A stretch of DNA of 64,000 nucleotides, taken from the NCBI GenBank assembly GCA_947627345.1, contig CANQVS010000004.1:37609-101608 (forward strand), written 5' to 3'. How positions within the stretch are numbered: position 1 is the first letter of the stretch; every line of letters begins with the position of its first letter. Under the pieces are notes generated by a model. It worked only from the letters and a program-made list of their open reading frames with translations. It was not told the DNA's origin and searched no databases. This document shows, in pieces, positions 28,912 through 40,075 of the stretch. Source of the stretch: an uncultured Clostridia bacterium. Lineage in GTDB: Bacteria > Bacillota > Clostridia > Oscillospirales > Acutalibacteraceae. The position numbers and the translations under genes are program-made.

Positions 28912-29778
28912 TTATTCTTCAGTTTTAACAGTATCTTCTTCCCTGCCATCCTCTGAAGTTTCATCGGTTTTTCCATTCTCGAGTGTTTCGGTATCATCAG
29001 CTTTCTTTACAAAATGGTTACGGAGAATAACTACAATAATAATCGCAACAATTACTAAAATAATTCCAAGAATCATAACAATAGTTGCAACAGGAGTTTG
29101 CTCGTCCTTAGTCACATCCGTTACACTATCGGAAGCAGATTTTGAGGGAAGCGTTGTAACGCCCGTTACGGCTATATGATTTTTGCCAGAGCCGTTTTTC
29201 TCCCCTTTACCGTCAGCGTAGTTCACCAGCGAGCCCTGATATTTATTGTTAAGCTCACTGTCCTCACTTAAAATAGGGGGTTCTCCTTTTACAATATTCT
29301 TACCGTTCACGCTAATGTCATTTGTAAATGTATAGTCCTTAAAGTAGGTCATATCGTTTCCGTACATTTCGGTAACAAAATATGTAATATTAACCTTGCC
29401 CGCCTTTTTTACCTTAAAATCAACGGTCATAAGAGTCTTTGTTTCTTTGAAACTTACGAGGTCGGTTACGCTGGTCCAGTTAAAAGCAATTCCGTCAGAA
29501 AAATTCGAGTTTGAAACAGCACCGCTTAACTCCGGAAAGATTAAAGATTGGGAGTCAATCTCTAAATAATCCTTATCGTAAAAAACATACATCTGTATTC
29601 CTTCAAGCTTGTCACTGCAATCTCCGAGTTTAAGTGTATATGTTACTGTATCGCCCTTAGACGCCTTAACCTTTTTGTTAACTGTTAAATCCGACTCCGC
29701 AAACACGGATATACAGGATAATAAAACCATAAGAGAAGCTATAATAATTGCTAAAGAAATTTTTAAACCTTTTTTCAT
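28912..29778 (-). CDS. Single-cohesin membrane-anchored protein (scaffoldin-like)
   Basis: Signal peptide; GDTVTYTL..QMYVFYDKDYLE..VDFKVKKAG cohesin-like pattern; C-terminal TM and acidic tail. Confidence 0.7.
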   Translation of the reverse strand: MKKGLKISLAIIIASLMVLLSCISVFAESDLTVNKKVKASKGDTVTYTLKLGDCSDKLEGIQMYVFYDKDYLEIDSQSLIFPELSGAVSNSNFSDGIAFNWTSVTDLVSFKETKTLMTVDFKVKKAGKVNITYFVTEMYGNDMTYFKDYTFTNDISVNGKNIVKGEPPILSEDSELNNKYQGSLVNYADGKGEKNGSGKNHIAVTGVTTLPSKSASDSVTDVTKDEQTPVATIVMILGIILVIVAIIIVVILRNHFVKKADDTETLENGKTDETSEDGREEDTVKTEE

Positions 29779-29947
29779 AACAAATCTCAACTTTCATAAG
29801 TTATAGAATACTTTAATAATTATATAACATAATTAAAAAAAATTCAACGATATTTTCGGTTATTTAAAATAAAGTATGTCTAAAGCATATGTTCATTATA
29901 AATAATATAAAACAAAGCGTAAAATATTACATTACATAGTTATATTT

Positions 29948-30027
29948 AAAGTAAGATAGATGAAGATACGTTTTGAAAATATGATTTTCCGAGAGGAACT
30001 GCAATATTTGACGTGGATATATAAAAA
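29948..30027. repeat. Terminator-adjacent repeat, copy E
   Basis: AAAGTAAGATAGA..GAGAGGAACTGCAATATTTGACGTGGATATATAAAAA abutting the hairpin GATTCCAAA..TTTGGAATC (30028-30057). Confidence 0.8.
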
Positions 30028-30106
30028 GATTCCAAAGCCGAATAGGGTTTTGGAATCTTTTAACTTATAACTTATTTAATGAATATTTTAATGAATATTA
30101 AAAATA

Positions 30107-30523
30107 TTAAACTTTCTCACAAACAGCATTGAGGTCGTTTGGAATTTCATCTTCTGCCGCAGAGATGAGAAGAATGATATTAGCGTTTGAGCTTTCGCTT
30201 AAATCCTGAAGCTTTTTAGTAAAAATATCAAGTCCCGCTACACCGTCGGGGCAGATTTTGAATGTTGAGTCAATAAGAATATCGGTTACGTCGTAGTTAC
30301 CCGCGCAGATACCGCTTAAAAATCCGAAAAGCATATCATAGCCGGAGATTGAATACTGGTCTGTATCAATAAGGCGAGCTTTAGATGTAATATCATAGGT
30401 GAGTTTAGCTCCTTTTTCGATAACAACAACGTTTCCCTGAGAAGCCGCAACAGCCTCGTTAGCAAGCTGAATGAGCTTTTTAGTTTTTCCTGAACCTTTT
30501 TTTCCGATAAGTAAAGTAACCAT
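30107..30523 (-). CDS. Conserved small Clostridial P-loop-like protein
   Basis: LLIGKKGSGKTKKLI at the N-terminus; function unknown. Confidence 0.7.
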   Translation of the reverse strand: MVTLLIGKKGSGKTKKLIQLANEAVAASQGNVVVIEKGAKLTYDITSKARLIDTDQYSISGYDMLFGFLSGICAGNYDVTDILIDSTFKICPDGVAGLDIFTKKLQDLSESSNANIILLISAAEDEIPNDLNAVCEKV

Positions 30524-30558
30524 ACTTTTACTCCTCCTTATGTTTTTAACTTTAGAAA

Positions 30559-31896
30559 TTACTTCAATCTCGCCTCAAGCTCAGCTTTAGCGTCCTCATA
30601 GCCCGGTTTACCGAGAAGCGCAAACATATTCTTCTTGTAGCTTTCAACACCCGGCTGATTGAATGGATTTACTCCGAGAATATAACCCGAAATCGCGCAG
30701 GCTTTTTCCAAAAAGTAGATAAGATAACCGAGGTTTTCCTCGTCCATTTTCTCAACGTTTAACACAATATTCGGAACACCGCCGTCGTTATGCGCCAAAA
30801 CAGTACCCTCGAATGCCTTTTGATTGACAAATCCCATAGTCTTACCAGAAAGGAAATTAAGTCCGTCAACATTCGTAGGGTCTTCGCCGAGAGTAATTTC
30901 TTTTTTACATTTATCAAAGAGAACAACAGTCTCAAAAAGATTGCGTCTGCCGTCCTGAATGTACTGACCAAGTGAGTGAAGGTCTGTTGAAAAGATAACG
31001 CTAGCGGGGAAAATTCCCTTTTTATCCTTACCTTCAGACTCACCGTAGAGTTGTTTAAACCACTCGTTCATAAGTGTATAAGCAGGCTCATAGCTTACCA
31101 TAATTTCGGTTGAATAGCCTTTGTTATAAAGAATATTTCTTATAGCCGCATATTTGTAGCAGTCGTTAGAGTATAAATCGTCATTGTTAAACTCGTCCTG
31201 CGCTTTTTTAGCGCCCGCCATAAGAGCGTCAATGTCCGCACCGGCCACAGCGATAGGAAGAAGTCCTACGGCAGTGAGCACGGAGTAACGTCCGCCGACA
31301 TCGTCGGGAACAACGAAAGTTTCATAGCCTTCCTTGTCAGCAAGCTGTTTTAAGGTTCCCTTAGCTTTATCGGTTGTGCAGTAAATGCGCTCTTTAGCAC
31401 CCTGTTTGCCGTATTTTTTCTCAAGCATATCGCGGAATACTCGAAAGGCAATTGCGGGTTCGGTAGTAGTACCCGATTTTGAAATCATATTAATAGAAAC
31501 GTCCTTGCCCTCGCAAAGCTCAATAATATCGGACAGTGCTGAGGAGCTGATTGAATTACCCGTAAAATAAATCTGCGGAGTATCCTTTGCGAGCGCGTTA
31601 TAATTGGGAGAGGTTAAAAATTCGATAGCCGCTCTTGCGCCAAGATACGAACCGCCGATACCGATTACAACAAAAACATCGGTATCCTTTTTAATTTTTT
31701 CAGCCGCCTTTTTAATGCGGGCAAATTCTTCCTTATCATAATTTGTAGGCAAGTCTACCCAGCCTATAAAATCGTTTCCGAGTCCTGTTCCGTCGTGAAG
31801 AGCCTTGTGAGCATTTTTTACCTGCGCTTCAATACCCTTATACTCATCCTCGCCTACAAAACCGTTAAGATACTTTTCTATAATTTTTGTTGACAT
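30559..31896 (-). CDS. pgi: Glucose-6-phosphate isomerase
   Basis: [34 protein letters not shown]. Confidence 0.98.
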   Translation of the reverse strand: MSTKIIEKYLNGFVGEDEYKGIEAQVKNAHKALHDGTGLGNDFIGWVDLPTNYDKEEFARIKKAAEKIKKDTDVFVVIGIGGSYLGARAAIEFLTSPNYNALAKDTPQIYFTGNSISSSALSDIIELCEGKDVSINMISKSGTTTEPAIAFRVFRDMLEKKYGKQGAKERIYCTTDKAKGTLKQLADKEGYETFVVPDDVGGRYSVLTAVGLLPIAVAGADIDALMAGAKKAQDEFNNDDLYSNDCYKYAAIRNILYNKGYSTEIMVSYEPAYTLMNEWFKQLYGESEGKDKKGIFPASVIFSTDLHSLGQYIQDGRRNLFETVVLFDKCKKEITLGEDPTNVDGLNFLSGKTMGFVNQKAFEGTVLAHNDGGVPNIVLNVEKMDEENLGYLIYFLEKACAISGYILGVNPFNQPGVESYKKNMFALLGKPGYEDAKAELEARLK

Positions 31897-32003
31897 TTGA
31901 TTACCCCCAAATGATATAGTTATGCCATACTGCATAATTATAGAACCATTTTACCACAAAAAGGCAGGGTATGCAATATTTAATACAAAATTTTTTCAAA
32001 TAC

Positions 32004-33143
32004 CTATAAAGCAATCAGCGCCTTATATACAGCCGACACCACGGACGAAAACGTCATTTTTTCTATTGTATTTTTCGCCGTGATTTTACAGCTTTTTAAA
32101 AGTTCCTTGCCCGAATAGTAGTTAACTTCACCTATAGTATCCCCCGCTTTTATCGGAGCTTGCAATTCTTTTTTTACTTTGCACTCGGTCACGAGCTTTT
32201 CGTCGGCAGTACGGCTTACTATCATTGTGCCGGGCTTTTCGCAGCGAAGAAACAGAGTGTCGCTCATTCCGCCCTTTACCTTGACGTTTTCGGTCGCCTT
32301 TTTAGGCAAAGTCAGTTTCTTTACCGTATAATTTGCAAATCCGTAGTCGAGTAAAGCGGCGCTGTCGGCAAATCTCGAGGTTCCGCTGTCACAACCGAGA
32401 ACGACGGAGATAAGTGAAAGTCCGTCACGCTCCGCAGTCGCGCTCATACAGCAACCTGCGTCATCGGTCGTGCCGGTTTTAAGTCCCGTTATTCCCTTAT
32501 ATGTTTTTAAAAGTTTATTTGTATTGACAATCTGTGTTTTTCCTCCGCGTAAATTGTCAAGCCATATTGAAGTATAATCGAAAATTTTCTTGTGAGTGAT
32601 AAGCTCCGCCGACATAAGCGCCACATCGTAAGCGGACGTCAGGTGGCCCTCCTCGTCAAGTCCGTTGCAGTTCTTAAAGGTCGTATCTTTCATTCCGAGT
32701 TTTTTCGCCTTTTTATTCATTTGAGCGACAAATGCCGTCTCGCTTCCGCTTATTGCTTCAGCCAAAACGACGGCCGCGTCGTTTGCCGACGCTACGGCAG
32801 TCGCTTTAATAAGGTCGTCAACAGACATCGTTTCGCCTTCCTCAAGCCATATGTCCGAGCCTCCCATAGACGCCGCGTGAGCAGAGGCGGACAAAGTATC
32901 GGAAAGCTTTAATTTTCCGCTGTCTACAGCCTCCATAGCAAGGAGTAAAGTCATAACCTTTGTAACGGACGCACAGGCGCGTTTTTCGTGGCTGTTTTTA
33001 TCGGATAGTACCTTTCGGCTGTTCGCCTCAATTAAAACCGCGGACGGTGCGCTTACCTCGACGTTGCTTTTTGCAGATGCAACGATTGGAACCGACGCGA
33101 TTATCATAATACATATAAATATTGACACCAATTTTTTAAACAT
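32004..33143 (-). CDS. dacF: D-alanyl-D-alanine carboxypeptidase (DacF-like)
   Basis: SxxK (SVTK), SAN, KTG motifs; HAASMGGS. Confidence 0.85.
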   Translation of the reverse strand: MFKKLVSIFICIMIIASVPIVASAKSNVEVSAPSAVLIEANSRKVLSDKNSHEKRACASVTKVMTLLLAMEAVDSGKLKLSDTLSASAHAASMGGSDIWLEEGETMSVDDLIKATAVASANDAAVVLAEAISGSETAFVAQMNKKAKKLGMKDTTFKNCNGLDEEGHLTSAYDVALMSAELITHKKIFDYTSIWLDNLRGGKTQIVNTNKLLKTYKGITGLKTGTTDDAGCCMSATAERDGLSLISVVLGCDSGTSRFADSAALLDYGFANYTVKKLTLPKKATENVKVKGGMSDTLFLRCEKPGTMIVSRTADEKLVTECKVKKELQAPIKAGDTIGEVNYYSGKELLKSCKITAKNTIEKMTFSSVVSAVYKALIAL

Positions 33144-33191
33144 AAAAAACACCTCGTTCAAATATACGAACAAGGTGTTTATTTTATACAT

Positions 33192-33668
33192 TTATAAAAT
33201 ATTATTTATAAGGCAGACCGCGTGAGCCGAAATTCCCTCTCCCGAACCTGTAAAGCCGAGCTTTTCCTCTGTTGTCGCCTTTACGCTGATATTTGATATG
33301 TCAATTTTACAGGCGTCCGCAATATTCTTACGCATTGAAACTATGTAATCTTTAAGCTTCGGTCTTTGAGCAATTACAGTTGAGTCTATGTTCTCAATAT
33401 AATAGCCGTTCTTTTCAAGCACAGCGCACACCTCTTTTAAGAGCAAAATGCTGTCGGCACCCTTAAAGCGTTCATCGGTATCGGGAAACAGTTTTCCTAT
33501 GTCGCCGAGAGCCGCCGCTCCGAGCAGCGCGTCCATAACGGCGTGCAAAAGCACGTCGGCGTCGCTGTGTCCGAGCAGACCTTTCTCATACGGAATTTCA
33601 ACCCCTCCCAAAATCAACTTCCTGTTTTCTGTTAATTTATGTACGTCATAGCCGTGTCCTATTCTCAT
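33192..33668 (-). CDS. ispF: 2-C-methyl-D-erythritol 2,4-cyclodiphosphate synthase
   Basis: GHGYDVH, GHSDADV, KATTEE. Confidence 0.98.
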   Translation of the reverse strand: MRIGHGYDVHKLTENRKLILGGVEIPYEKGLLGHSDADVLLHAVMDALLGAAALGDIGKLFPDTDERFKGADSILLLKEVCAVLEKNGYYIENIDSTVIAQRPKLKDYIVSMRKNIADACKIDISNISVKATTEEKLGFTGSGEGISAHAVCLINNIL

Positions 33669-33670
33669 TT

Positions 33671-34369
33671 TTACAGCCTTTCCTCTTTTAAAATACTTTC
33701 CGCAAGCTTAATATCGTTTTTAGTCGTCAGCTTAATGTTCGTTTCACTTCCGATAACTATTTTTATCTTTCCACCGATATTTTCAACAAGCTTGCAGTCG
33801 TCTGTTACGAGTTCGTTGTTTTCCTTTGCGTATTCAAGGGCTTTGAGATAAATATTTTTTTCAAACACCTGCGGTGTCTGAACCGCCCGCAGAGTACTTC
33901 TTACGGGAGTTGAAACAATCTCATCGTTTTCGTCTACAACCTTAATAGTGTCAGTTACAAAAGTTGCCAAAACTGCAGAGCCGTTTTCAACCGCGCAGGA
34001 AACTACCTTTTTAATATCATTCAGGCTTATTAGCGGACGTGCGCCGTCGTGAATGGCAAAATGCGTAGTCCTTTCATCACATTTAAAGATACCGTTGCGA
34101 ACACTTTCATCGCGCGTTAAACCGCCCAAGGCGATAGACTTTACCTTTTTTAAATCATTTTGCAAAACAATATCTTCAATCTGCTTTTTGTCACTGTCAC
34201 GGCAAACCACAACAACGCTGTCAATCACGCTTGACTTTTCAAAGGCGTTGAGCGTACGGGCTATAACGGGTTCACCGTTAAGGTCGATAAACTGCTTGCT
34301 TATTTCAAGTCCCATTCGGGTGGAATTTCCTGCGGCAACTACAACCGCGCTGACAAAACAATTTTTCAT
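33671..34369 (-). CDS. ispD: MEP cytidylyltransferase
   Basis: [24 protein letters not shown]. Confidence 0.96.
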   Translation of the reverse strand: MKNCFVSAVVVAAGNSTRMGLEISKQFIDLNGEPVIARTLNAFEKSSVIDSVVVVCRDSDKKQIEDIVLQNDLKKVKSIALGGLTRDESVRNGIFKCDERTTHFAIHDGARPLISLNDIKKVVSCAVENGSAVLATFVTDTIKVVDENDEIVSTPVRSTLRAVQTPQVFEKNIYLKALEYAKENNELVTDDCKLVENIGGKIKIVIGSETNIKLTTKNDIKLAESILKEERL

Positions 34370-34371
34370 AC

Positions 34372-34878
34372 TCAACCAAACAGAGATTTTATAAACGCTG
34401 TTATAAAATCAGTTCCGTAAATTACTAATGCCAAAACGATGATAAAAAGCAAGGCGGTTAAAATCCTTACAAATGTACGTTTTGTGCGTGACATATCCTC
34501 AAATTCTTCCTCTGATAGGCGTTCGGGAGCTTCATCAACAATTTCCGCGCCTTCAATTTCAATCGCACCGATTCCTACGGCGACGTCATATGCCTTTTCA
34601 TAGAGCTCATATGGTACTAAAATATCAAAACTGTCAAAATCCATTCCCGTTACGACCTGCGAATTTGCGCTGACCATATGGCGTGTATAAACGCTCGGTA
34701 TACCGCTGTCGGACAATGCCGCCTGAACACGGTCGCGCTCCAAAACATCACCGCTGCAAAGATAAACGGATGTTGTTTTGTCCTCAACAGCTTTAAGAAC
34801 TTTATTTTTACATCCCGTGCAGGTGCAGTTTGTATCCCCGTCATTATAAAGTTTTTTACATTTCGGACAGTACTTCAC
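34372..34878 (-). CDS. Hypothetical membrane protein with an N-terminal Zn-ribbon and a DUF2007-like domain
   Basis: CPKC..CTGC; LSDSGIP; C-terminal TM helix. Confidence 0.6.
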   Translation of the reverse strand: MKYCPKCKKLYNDGDTNCTCTGCKNKVLKAVEDKTTSVYLCSGDVLERDRVQAALSDSGIPSVYTRHMVSANSQVVTGMDFDSFDILVPYELYEKAYDVAVGIGAIEIEGAEIVDEAPERLSEEEFEDMSRTKRTFVRILTALLFIIVLALVIYGTDFITAFIKSLFG

Positions 34879-35127
34879 AAAATAAGCCCCCTTTGCGTAA
34901 TGCTTAAATTAATGAAATTATACCAAAGTGAGCGATTTTTTTCAAGAGGATAACAAAAGACATAAACCAATGCCGGAAAGACAGCTTTTAACAAAAACTA
35001 TCTTCCCGGCATAATCCATATTAAATCGTATATCATTTTTTTACTAAACATCGGTCAAATCAAATCATTATTTCCGTACGAAATTTTTGCAGGCGTACTG
35101 CTTATCCATCTAAAATTAAGATTTTGC

Positions 35128-35700
35128 CTACATAAAAATCGGCTGATACTGTTCTCTTTTAAGCGTTTTCTCAACACATTCGGGTATCAATTCAAAATGA
35201 CCGACAAGGGACTTAGGCTTGTTCACATAATCGTCCTGACTCATAGGAACAAAATAAATATTTTTGGTATTTAAAAGCCTTCCGATATTTTGGGCTGAGG
35301 CTCCCAGTCCGTCGTTTGTTGCAACGCAGAGCAATACGGGACGGTTTATGCGAAGATGTGATTTTACAGCCATTGACACGGCGCTGTCGGTAAGACCTAA
35401 AGAAAGCTTGGCAATAGTATTTCCCGTACAGGGAGCCACAACGATTAAATCGCACATTTTCTTGGGGCCTATAGGCTCCGCGTCGCAGATTGAGCTTATT
35501 ACTTTATTTCCCGTTATGTTTTCAATTTTATCTATAAAATCCCGGGCAAGTCCAAAACGCGTGTCTGTTGACGCGGCTGTTTCGGACATTATGGGAATAA
35601 CATTATAACCGTCTGTTTTTAGCCTTTCAATTTGAGAAATTGTTTTTGAAAAGGTACAAAACGAACCGCAAACAGCATATCCTATATCCGCTTTCGCCAA
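35128..35700 (-). CDS. spoVFB: Dipicolinate synthase subunit B
   Basis: GSFCTF, APCTGNT, TNDGL; TTG start after AAGGAGG. Confidence 0.95.
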   Translation of the reverse strand: MAKADIGYAVCGSFCTFSKTISQIERLKTDGYNVIPIMSETAASTDTRFGLARDFIDKIENITGNKVISSICDAEPIGPKKMCDLIVVAPCTGNTIAKLSLGLTDSAVSMAVKSHLRINRPVLLCVATNDGLGASAQNIGRLLNTKNIYFVPMSQDDYVNKPKSLVGHFELIPECVEKTLKREQYQPIFM

Positions 35701-36539
35701 CTGTATTCCTCCTTAATGATTGTTAAGACGGTGTCTGCTATGATTTTACCCGCCGACAAAGGAGAGTATTTTCCCGGAAGCGCGGAGGCCAAAAACGCTG
35801 TGTAGCCGAGCTTGTCGGCAACTTCAAAATCCACTCCTCCCGGATAAGAGGATAAATCTATTATAAGAGTATCAAAATCGCTGTTTTCGAGAATATTTTT
35901 GTCAATAACAAGTGCGTCAGCGGTATTAAAAACTATATCGTAATCGGAAATTGATTTTATTTCGGAGGTATTTACCGCTTTGTTTCCGTCAGATTTTATA
36001 TAGGCGGAATTAACCGAGCTTCGTGTTGCGACGGTTACGTCCGCGTTAAGAGCTTTAAGCATTTTAGAGAGGATTTTTCCAATTCTTCCATATCCTATTA
36101 CAAGAATTTTTGCACCGAAAATTGTTCCCTCGTAACTTTTAACAGCCACTCCTACCGCACCTTCGGCAGTAGGAAGCGCGTTTTGTACGGCGAAGTCCTC
36201 ACGTTTTAGTAAATCAACCGCATTTACTCCTTTAAGAGAACTTGCTTTACCCATAAAAACAGGCTTTTCAGAAAGCTTTTTTATAAGTTTATCATCTATT
36301 TTTATTTCTTTCTCAGAAAAATTACAGGGGATGATATCGCCTTTAACTCCCGTAACGGGAAGAATGTAAATATCGCCAGCATTTAACGCTGTATCCAAAT
36401 CCACAAGTTCGAGCGCGCCGTAGCTTTCAAGCGAATCAAATCCCGAGAGCAAAACACGAAAGCCGTAATCGGAAAACGCCTTCGCGCAGAAAAGCTGGCG
36501 TTTATCTCCGCCTATTAAAGCTATAGTATCAAGTTTCAT
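35682..36539 (-). CDS. spoVFA: Dipicolinate synthase subunit A
   Basis: IGGDKRQ, NALPTAEGA, GYGRIG, LPGK; adjacent to dpaB. Confidence 0.93.
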   Translation of the reverse strand: MKLDTIALIGGDKRQLFCAKAFSDYGFRVLLSGFDSLESYGALELVDLDTALNAGDIYILPVTGVKGDIIPCNFSEKEIKIDDKLIKKLSEKPVFMGKASSLKGVNAVDLLKREDFAVQNALPTAEGAVGVAVKSYEGTIFGAKILVIGYGRIGKILSKMLKALNADVTVATRSSVNSAYIKSDGNKAVNTSEIKSISDYDIVFNTADALVIDKNILENSDFDTLIIDLSSYPGGVDFEVADKLGYTAFLASALPGKYSPLSAGKIIADTVLTIIKEEYSWRKRI

Positions 36540-36566
36540 ATCAAACACCTTTTTGGGATATATGAC

Positions 36567-36592
36567 ATAATATGAAATTCAACAAAAGTTGT
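36567..36592 (-). promoter_or_regulatory. Sigma-K-like promoter of dpaAB
   Basis: AC-16-CATATTAT on the minus strand; spoVFAB is sigma-K dependent in B. subtilis. Confidence 0.65.
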
Positions 36593-36651
36593 GAAAGCAA
36601 ATCAAACGTAAAAATAATTATGAAACTTCCCCGCCTGAAAAAATATAAGGA

Positions 36652-36742
36652 TAAAACCTTTAATATATACAAAACATAGGAAGATATGTTTGAAAAACAG
36701 ATTTTAAAAAGCTCTGTATTGTCTGACGCGGATATATAAAAA
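36652..36742. repeat. Terminator-adjacent repeat, copy F
   Basis: AACCTT..ATACAAAAC..TGTCTGACGCGGATATATAAAAA abutting GAGGTTGC-aaac-GCAACCTC. Confidence 0.7.
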
Positions 36743-36768
36743 GAGGTTGCAAACGCAACCTCCTTTTT
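36738..36768 (-). terminator. rny terminator
   Basis: AAAAAGAGGTTGC-aaac-GCAACCTC-CTTTTT. Confidence 0.85.
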
Positions 36769-36825
36769 AACTATTTAACTTTTATTTAGCTTTTTATTCT
36801 TTTTATTATTTTTTTGCAAATTTTA

Positions 36826-38379
36826 TTATTTTGCAAAATCAACCGCTCTCGCCTCGCGGATAATATTTACTTTAATCTGTCCGGGATATTCGAGGTCCTC
36901 CTCAATTTTCTTACAGATTTCTCTTGCAAGCGGGACCATACGCTCATCGTCGACAACCTCGGGTTTAACCATAATGCGTATTTCTCTGCCGGCTTGAATA
37001 GCATATGAACTTTCAACTCCGTCAAACGAGGACGCAACCTCCTCAAGCTTTTGAAGCCGTTTAATGTAATTTTCAAGATTTTCACGTCTTGCACCGGGAC
37101 GTGCCGCTGAAATAGCGTCAGCCGCCTGAACAATGCAGGCAACTACCGTCTTAGCCTCAACATCGCCGTGGTGAGCCTGGATTGCGTGAATAACCGCGTC
37201 GCTCTCCTTATATTTGCGGGCAACCTCAACGCCGAGCTCGACGTGGCTTCCCTCCATCTCGTGGTCGAGCGCCTTACCGATGTCGTGTAAAAGTCCGGCG
37301 CGCTTTGCGACAGTCGGGTCAAGTCCCAGTTCGGACGCAATCATACCCGAAATGTAGGCAACCTCTAAGCTGTGGTCTAAAACATTCTGACCGTAGCTTG
37401 TACGGTATCTTAATTTACCGAGAAGTTTAACAAGTTCGGGATGTATTCCGCGGATACCAATATCCAGAACAGCTCTCTCGCCTGCCTGTTTAATTTTTGA
37501 ATTAACCTCACGGCGGGCTTTGTCTATAGTTTCCTCAATTCTTGCGGGGTGAATACGTCCGTCGGAAATGAGTTTTTCCAAAGCGACCCTTGCGATTTCA
37601 CGTCTTACGGGCTCAAAGCTCGAAAGCGTAATTGCCTCGGGAGTATCGTCAATAATAAGGTCAACGCCTGTAGCGTTTTCAATAGCGCGGATATTTCTGC
37701 CCTCTCGTCCGATAATTCTTCCCTTCATTTCATCGTTGGGAAGCGCTACAACAGAAACCGTAGCCTCCGAAACCTGGTCGGCCGCCAAACGCTGGATTGA
37801 CAGAGATATAATCTTGCGCGCGAGCTTTTCGCTGTCGTCCTTTAACTGCTCCTCGTACTCAAGAATTTTTACGCTCTTTTCGTGAGAAAGCTCTTGGTCA
37901 AGCTGTTCAAGCAAGTACGCCTTAGCCTGGTCAGCAGTATAGCCCGAAATCCTCTCAAGCATCTCAAACTGGCTCTTTTTAACCTGCTCAATCTCAGCTA
38001 CCTTAGCCTCTGCCTCTTTTAATTTTTTACTTACTTTTTCTTCCTTTCGCTCAAGATTATTCATCTTTCGGTCAAGGTTTTCTTCTTTTTGCTGAATACG
38101 TCTTTCCTGACGCTGTACTTCTCTTCTGCGGTCTGAAAGCTCTTTTTCGCTCTCGTTGCGCAGGCGGTGGACTTCATCCTTACCCTCAAGAATAGCTTCC
38201 TTTTTCTTAGCTTCAGCGGTCTTCATCGCCTCGGAAACTATCTTGTTAGCCTCTTTTTCAGCACTGCCGATTTGCTTTTCCGCAACATTTTTACGGTATG
38301 CTATACCAATAAATACGCCCAAAAAACCGCAGACTACCGCGGCGGCAACAATACTAATAACTGCAATCAATATCGGCAT
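36826..38379 (-). CDS. rny: Ribonuclease Y
   Basis: N-terminal TM, coiled coil, KH domain [10 protein letters not shown] motif LLHDIGK. Confidence 0.98.
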   Translation of the reverse strand: MPILIAVISIVAAAVVCGFLGVFIGIAYRKNVAEKQIGSAEKEANKIVSEAMKTAEAKKKEAILEGKDEVHRLRNESEKELSDRRREVQRQERRIQQKEENLDRKMNNLERKEEKVSKKLKEAEAKVAEIEQVKKSQFEMLERISGYTADQAKAYLLEQLDQELSHEKSVKILEYEEQLKDDSEKLARKIISLSIQRLAADQVSEATVSVVALPNDEMKGRIIGREGRNIRAIENATGVDLIIDDTPEAITLSSFEPVRREIARVALEKLISDGRIHPARIEETIDKARREVNSKIKQAGERAVLDIGIRGIHPELVKLLGKLRYRTSYGQNVLDHSLEVAYISGMIASELGLDPTVAKRAGLLHDIGKALDHEMEGSHVELGVEVARKYKESDAVIHAIQAHHGDVEAKTVVACIVQAADAISAARPGARRENLENYIKRLQKLEEVASSFDGVESSYAIQAGREIRIMVKPEVVDDERMVPLAREICKKIEEDLEYPGQIKVNIIREARAVDFAK

Positions 38380-38399
38380 TTTGACACCTCCTTGATTTA

Positions 38400-38590
38400 A
38401 TGATTCCAAAACTTTCATTCTAACATAAAATCAAACTCGGTGCCGTTAGAAAGATATTAAATTGTAACAATATTTTGAACACAAATGTGGTAGAGTATAA
38501 GCTAATTACAAAATATCTATAAATAACGGCTCTTTCGAGTCTGATTAAAAAAATTGAACCTTAAAGGCTCCCGGTATGTCGTCATACATA
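38400..38590 (-). ncRNA. Long rod-like RNA upstream of rny (6S RNA candidate or structured leader)
   Basis: TTGACA-17-TATTAT at 38598-38626; nested pairings 38429-39/38536-46, 38442-48/38524-30 and 38452-58/38512-18. Confidence 0.4.
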
Positions 38591-38792
38591 CACATATATA
38601 ATAACTTATTCCCGTCAAAATGTCAAGAAAATAATCTAAACGCAGTAGAAAGTTTGTCATCTTTTTATCACAAATGTTGTGAGATTTGTTTAATTGGTAA
38701 AATTTTCAGATAAATTCCGTTTTGGACTTGCATTTGTTATAAAAATACAATATAATGGGTATGATAAAAAAATAACAGGAGGATTTTTTATT

Positions 38793-39830
38793 ATGTCAGT
38801 AAAAGTTGCTATTAATGGTTTCGGCCGTATCGGCCGTCTTGCATTCAGACAAATGTTTGGTGCAGAGGGTTATGACGTTGTTGCTATCAACGACCTCACA
38901 AAGCCTTCAATGCTCGCTCATCTTCTTAAATACGATACAGCTCAGAGAGGTTACTGCGGTACTATCGGTCAGAACCTTCACACTGTAGAGGCTGATGACG
39001 AGGCTAACACAATTACAGTAGACGGTAAAACTCTTAAAATTTATGCAGAGTCTGACGCTTCCAAGCTTCCTTGGGGCGAAATCGGTGTAGACGTTGTGCT
39101 CGAATGCACAGGTTTCTACTGCTCAAAGGCTAAGAGCCAGGCTCATATTGACGCAGGCGCTAAAAAAGTTGTTATTTCCGCTCCCGCAGGTAACGACCTT
39201 AAAACTGTTGTATTCTCCGTTAACGAGGATATACTGACAGCTGATGATAAGATTATCTCCGCTGCTTCCTGCACAACAAACTGCCTCGCTCCTATGGCTG
39301 ATACTCTTAATAAGTATGCGGAAATCCAGAGCGGTATTATGAGCACAATCCACGCTTACACAGGAGATCAGATGATTCTTGACGGTCCTCACAGAAAGGG
39401 CGACCTCAGAAGAGCGCGCGCAGGCGCTTCCAACATCGTTCCTAACTCAACAGGCGCAGCTAAGGCTATCGGTCTTGTAATTCCCGAGTTAAACGGAAAG
39501 CTCATCGGTTCCGCACAGCGTGTTCCTGTTCCCACAGGTTCAACAACAATTCTTACGGCAGTTGTTAAGGGCAAGGACGTAACAGTTGAGGGCATTAACG
39601 CCGCTATGAAAGCTGCCGCTTCAGACAGCTACGGCTACAACGAGGATCCTATCGTTTCTTCCGACATTATCGGTATGACATACGGTTCACTCTTTGACGC
39701 TACACAGACAATGGTAGCTCCTATCGGCGATGACCTCTATGAGGTACAGGTTGTTTCCTGGTACGACAACGAAAACAGCTACACAAGCCAGATGGTTCGT
39801 ACAATCAAATACTTCGCTGAATTAGGCTAA
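38793..39830 (+). CDS. gap: Glyceraldehyde-3-phosphate dehydrogenase type I
   Basis: [24 protein letters not shown]. Confidence 0.99.
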   Translation: MSVKVAINGFGRIGRLAFRQMFGAEGYDVVAINDLTKPSMLAHLLKYDTAQRGYCGTIGQNLHTVEADDEANTITVDGKTLKIYAESDASKLPWGEIGVDVVLECTGFYCSKAKSQAHIDAGAKKVVISAPAGNDLKTVVFSVNEDILTADDKIISAASCTTNCLAPMADTLNKYAEIQSGIMSTIHAYTGDQMILDGPHRKGDLRRARAGASNIVPNSTGAAKAIGLVIPELNGKLIGSAQRVPVPTGSTTILTAVVKGKDVTVEGINAAMKAAASDSYGYNEDPIVSSDIIGMTYGSLFDATQTMVAPIGDDLYEVQVVSWYDNENSYTSQMVRTIKYFAELG

Positions 39831-39852
39831 AATATAACTGAATAAAATATTT

Positions 39853-39902
39853 CCCATCGCAGAAAGTGCAATTATTTTTGCTCTCCTGCGGTGGGTTTTT
39901 TA
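39853..39902 (+). terminator. gap terminator
   Basis: CCCATCGCAG..CTGCGGTGGG followed by a T-tract. Confidence 0.75.
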
Positions 39903-40075
39903 TATCATTTTTACAGTATATATTTTTATAATCACTTATTTAAGGTACACAAAAAGCTAACCGCCTTTTCGTGTTATTTTAAAAATAATATTTGGAATTT
40001 TTATGAAGTTTTTTTATTGATATTTAATTTCACGATGATATAATTATGGTAATAATTCACTTTTAATACAATGAG

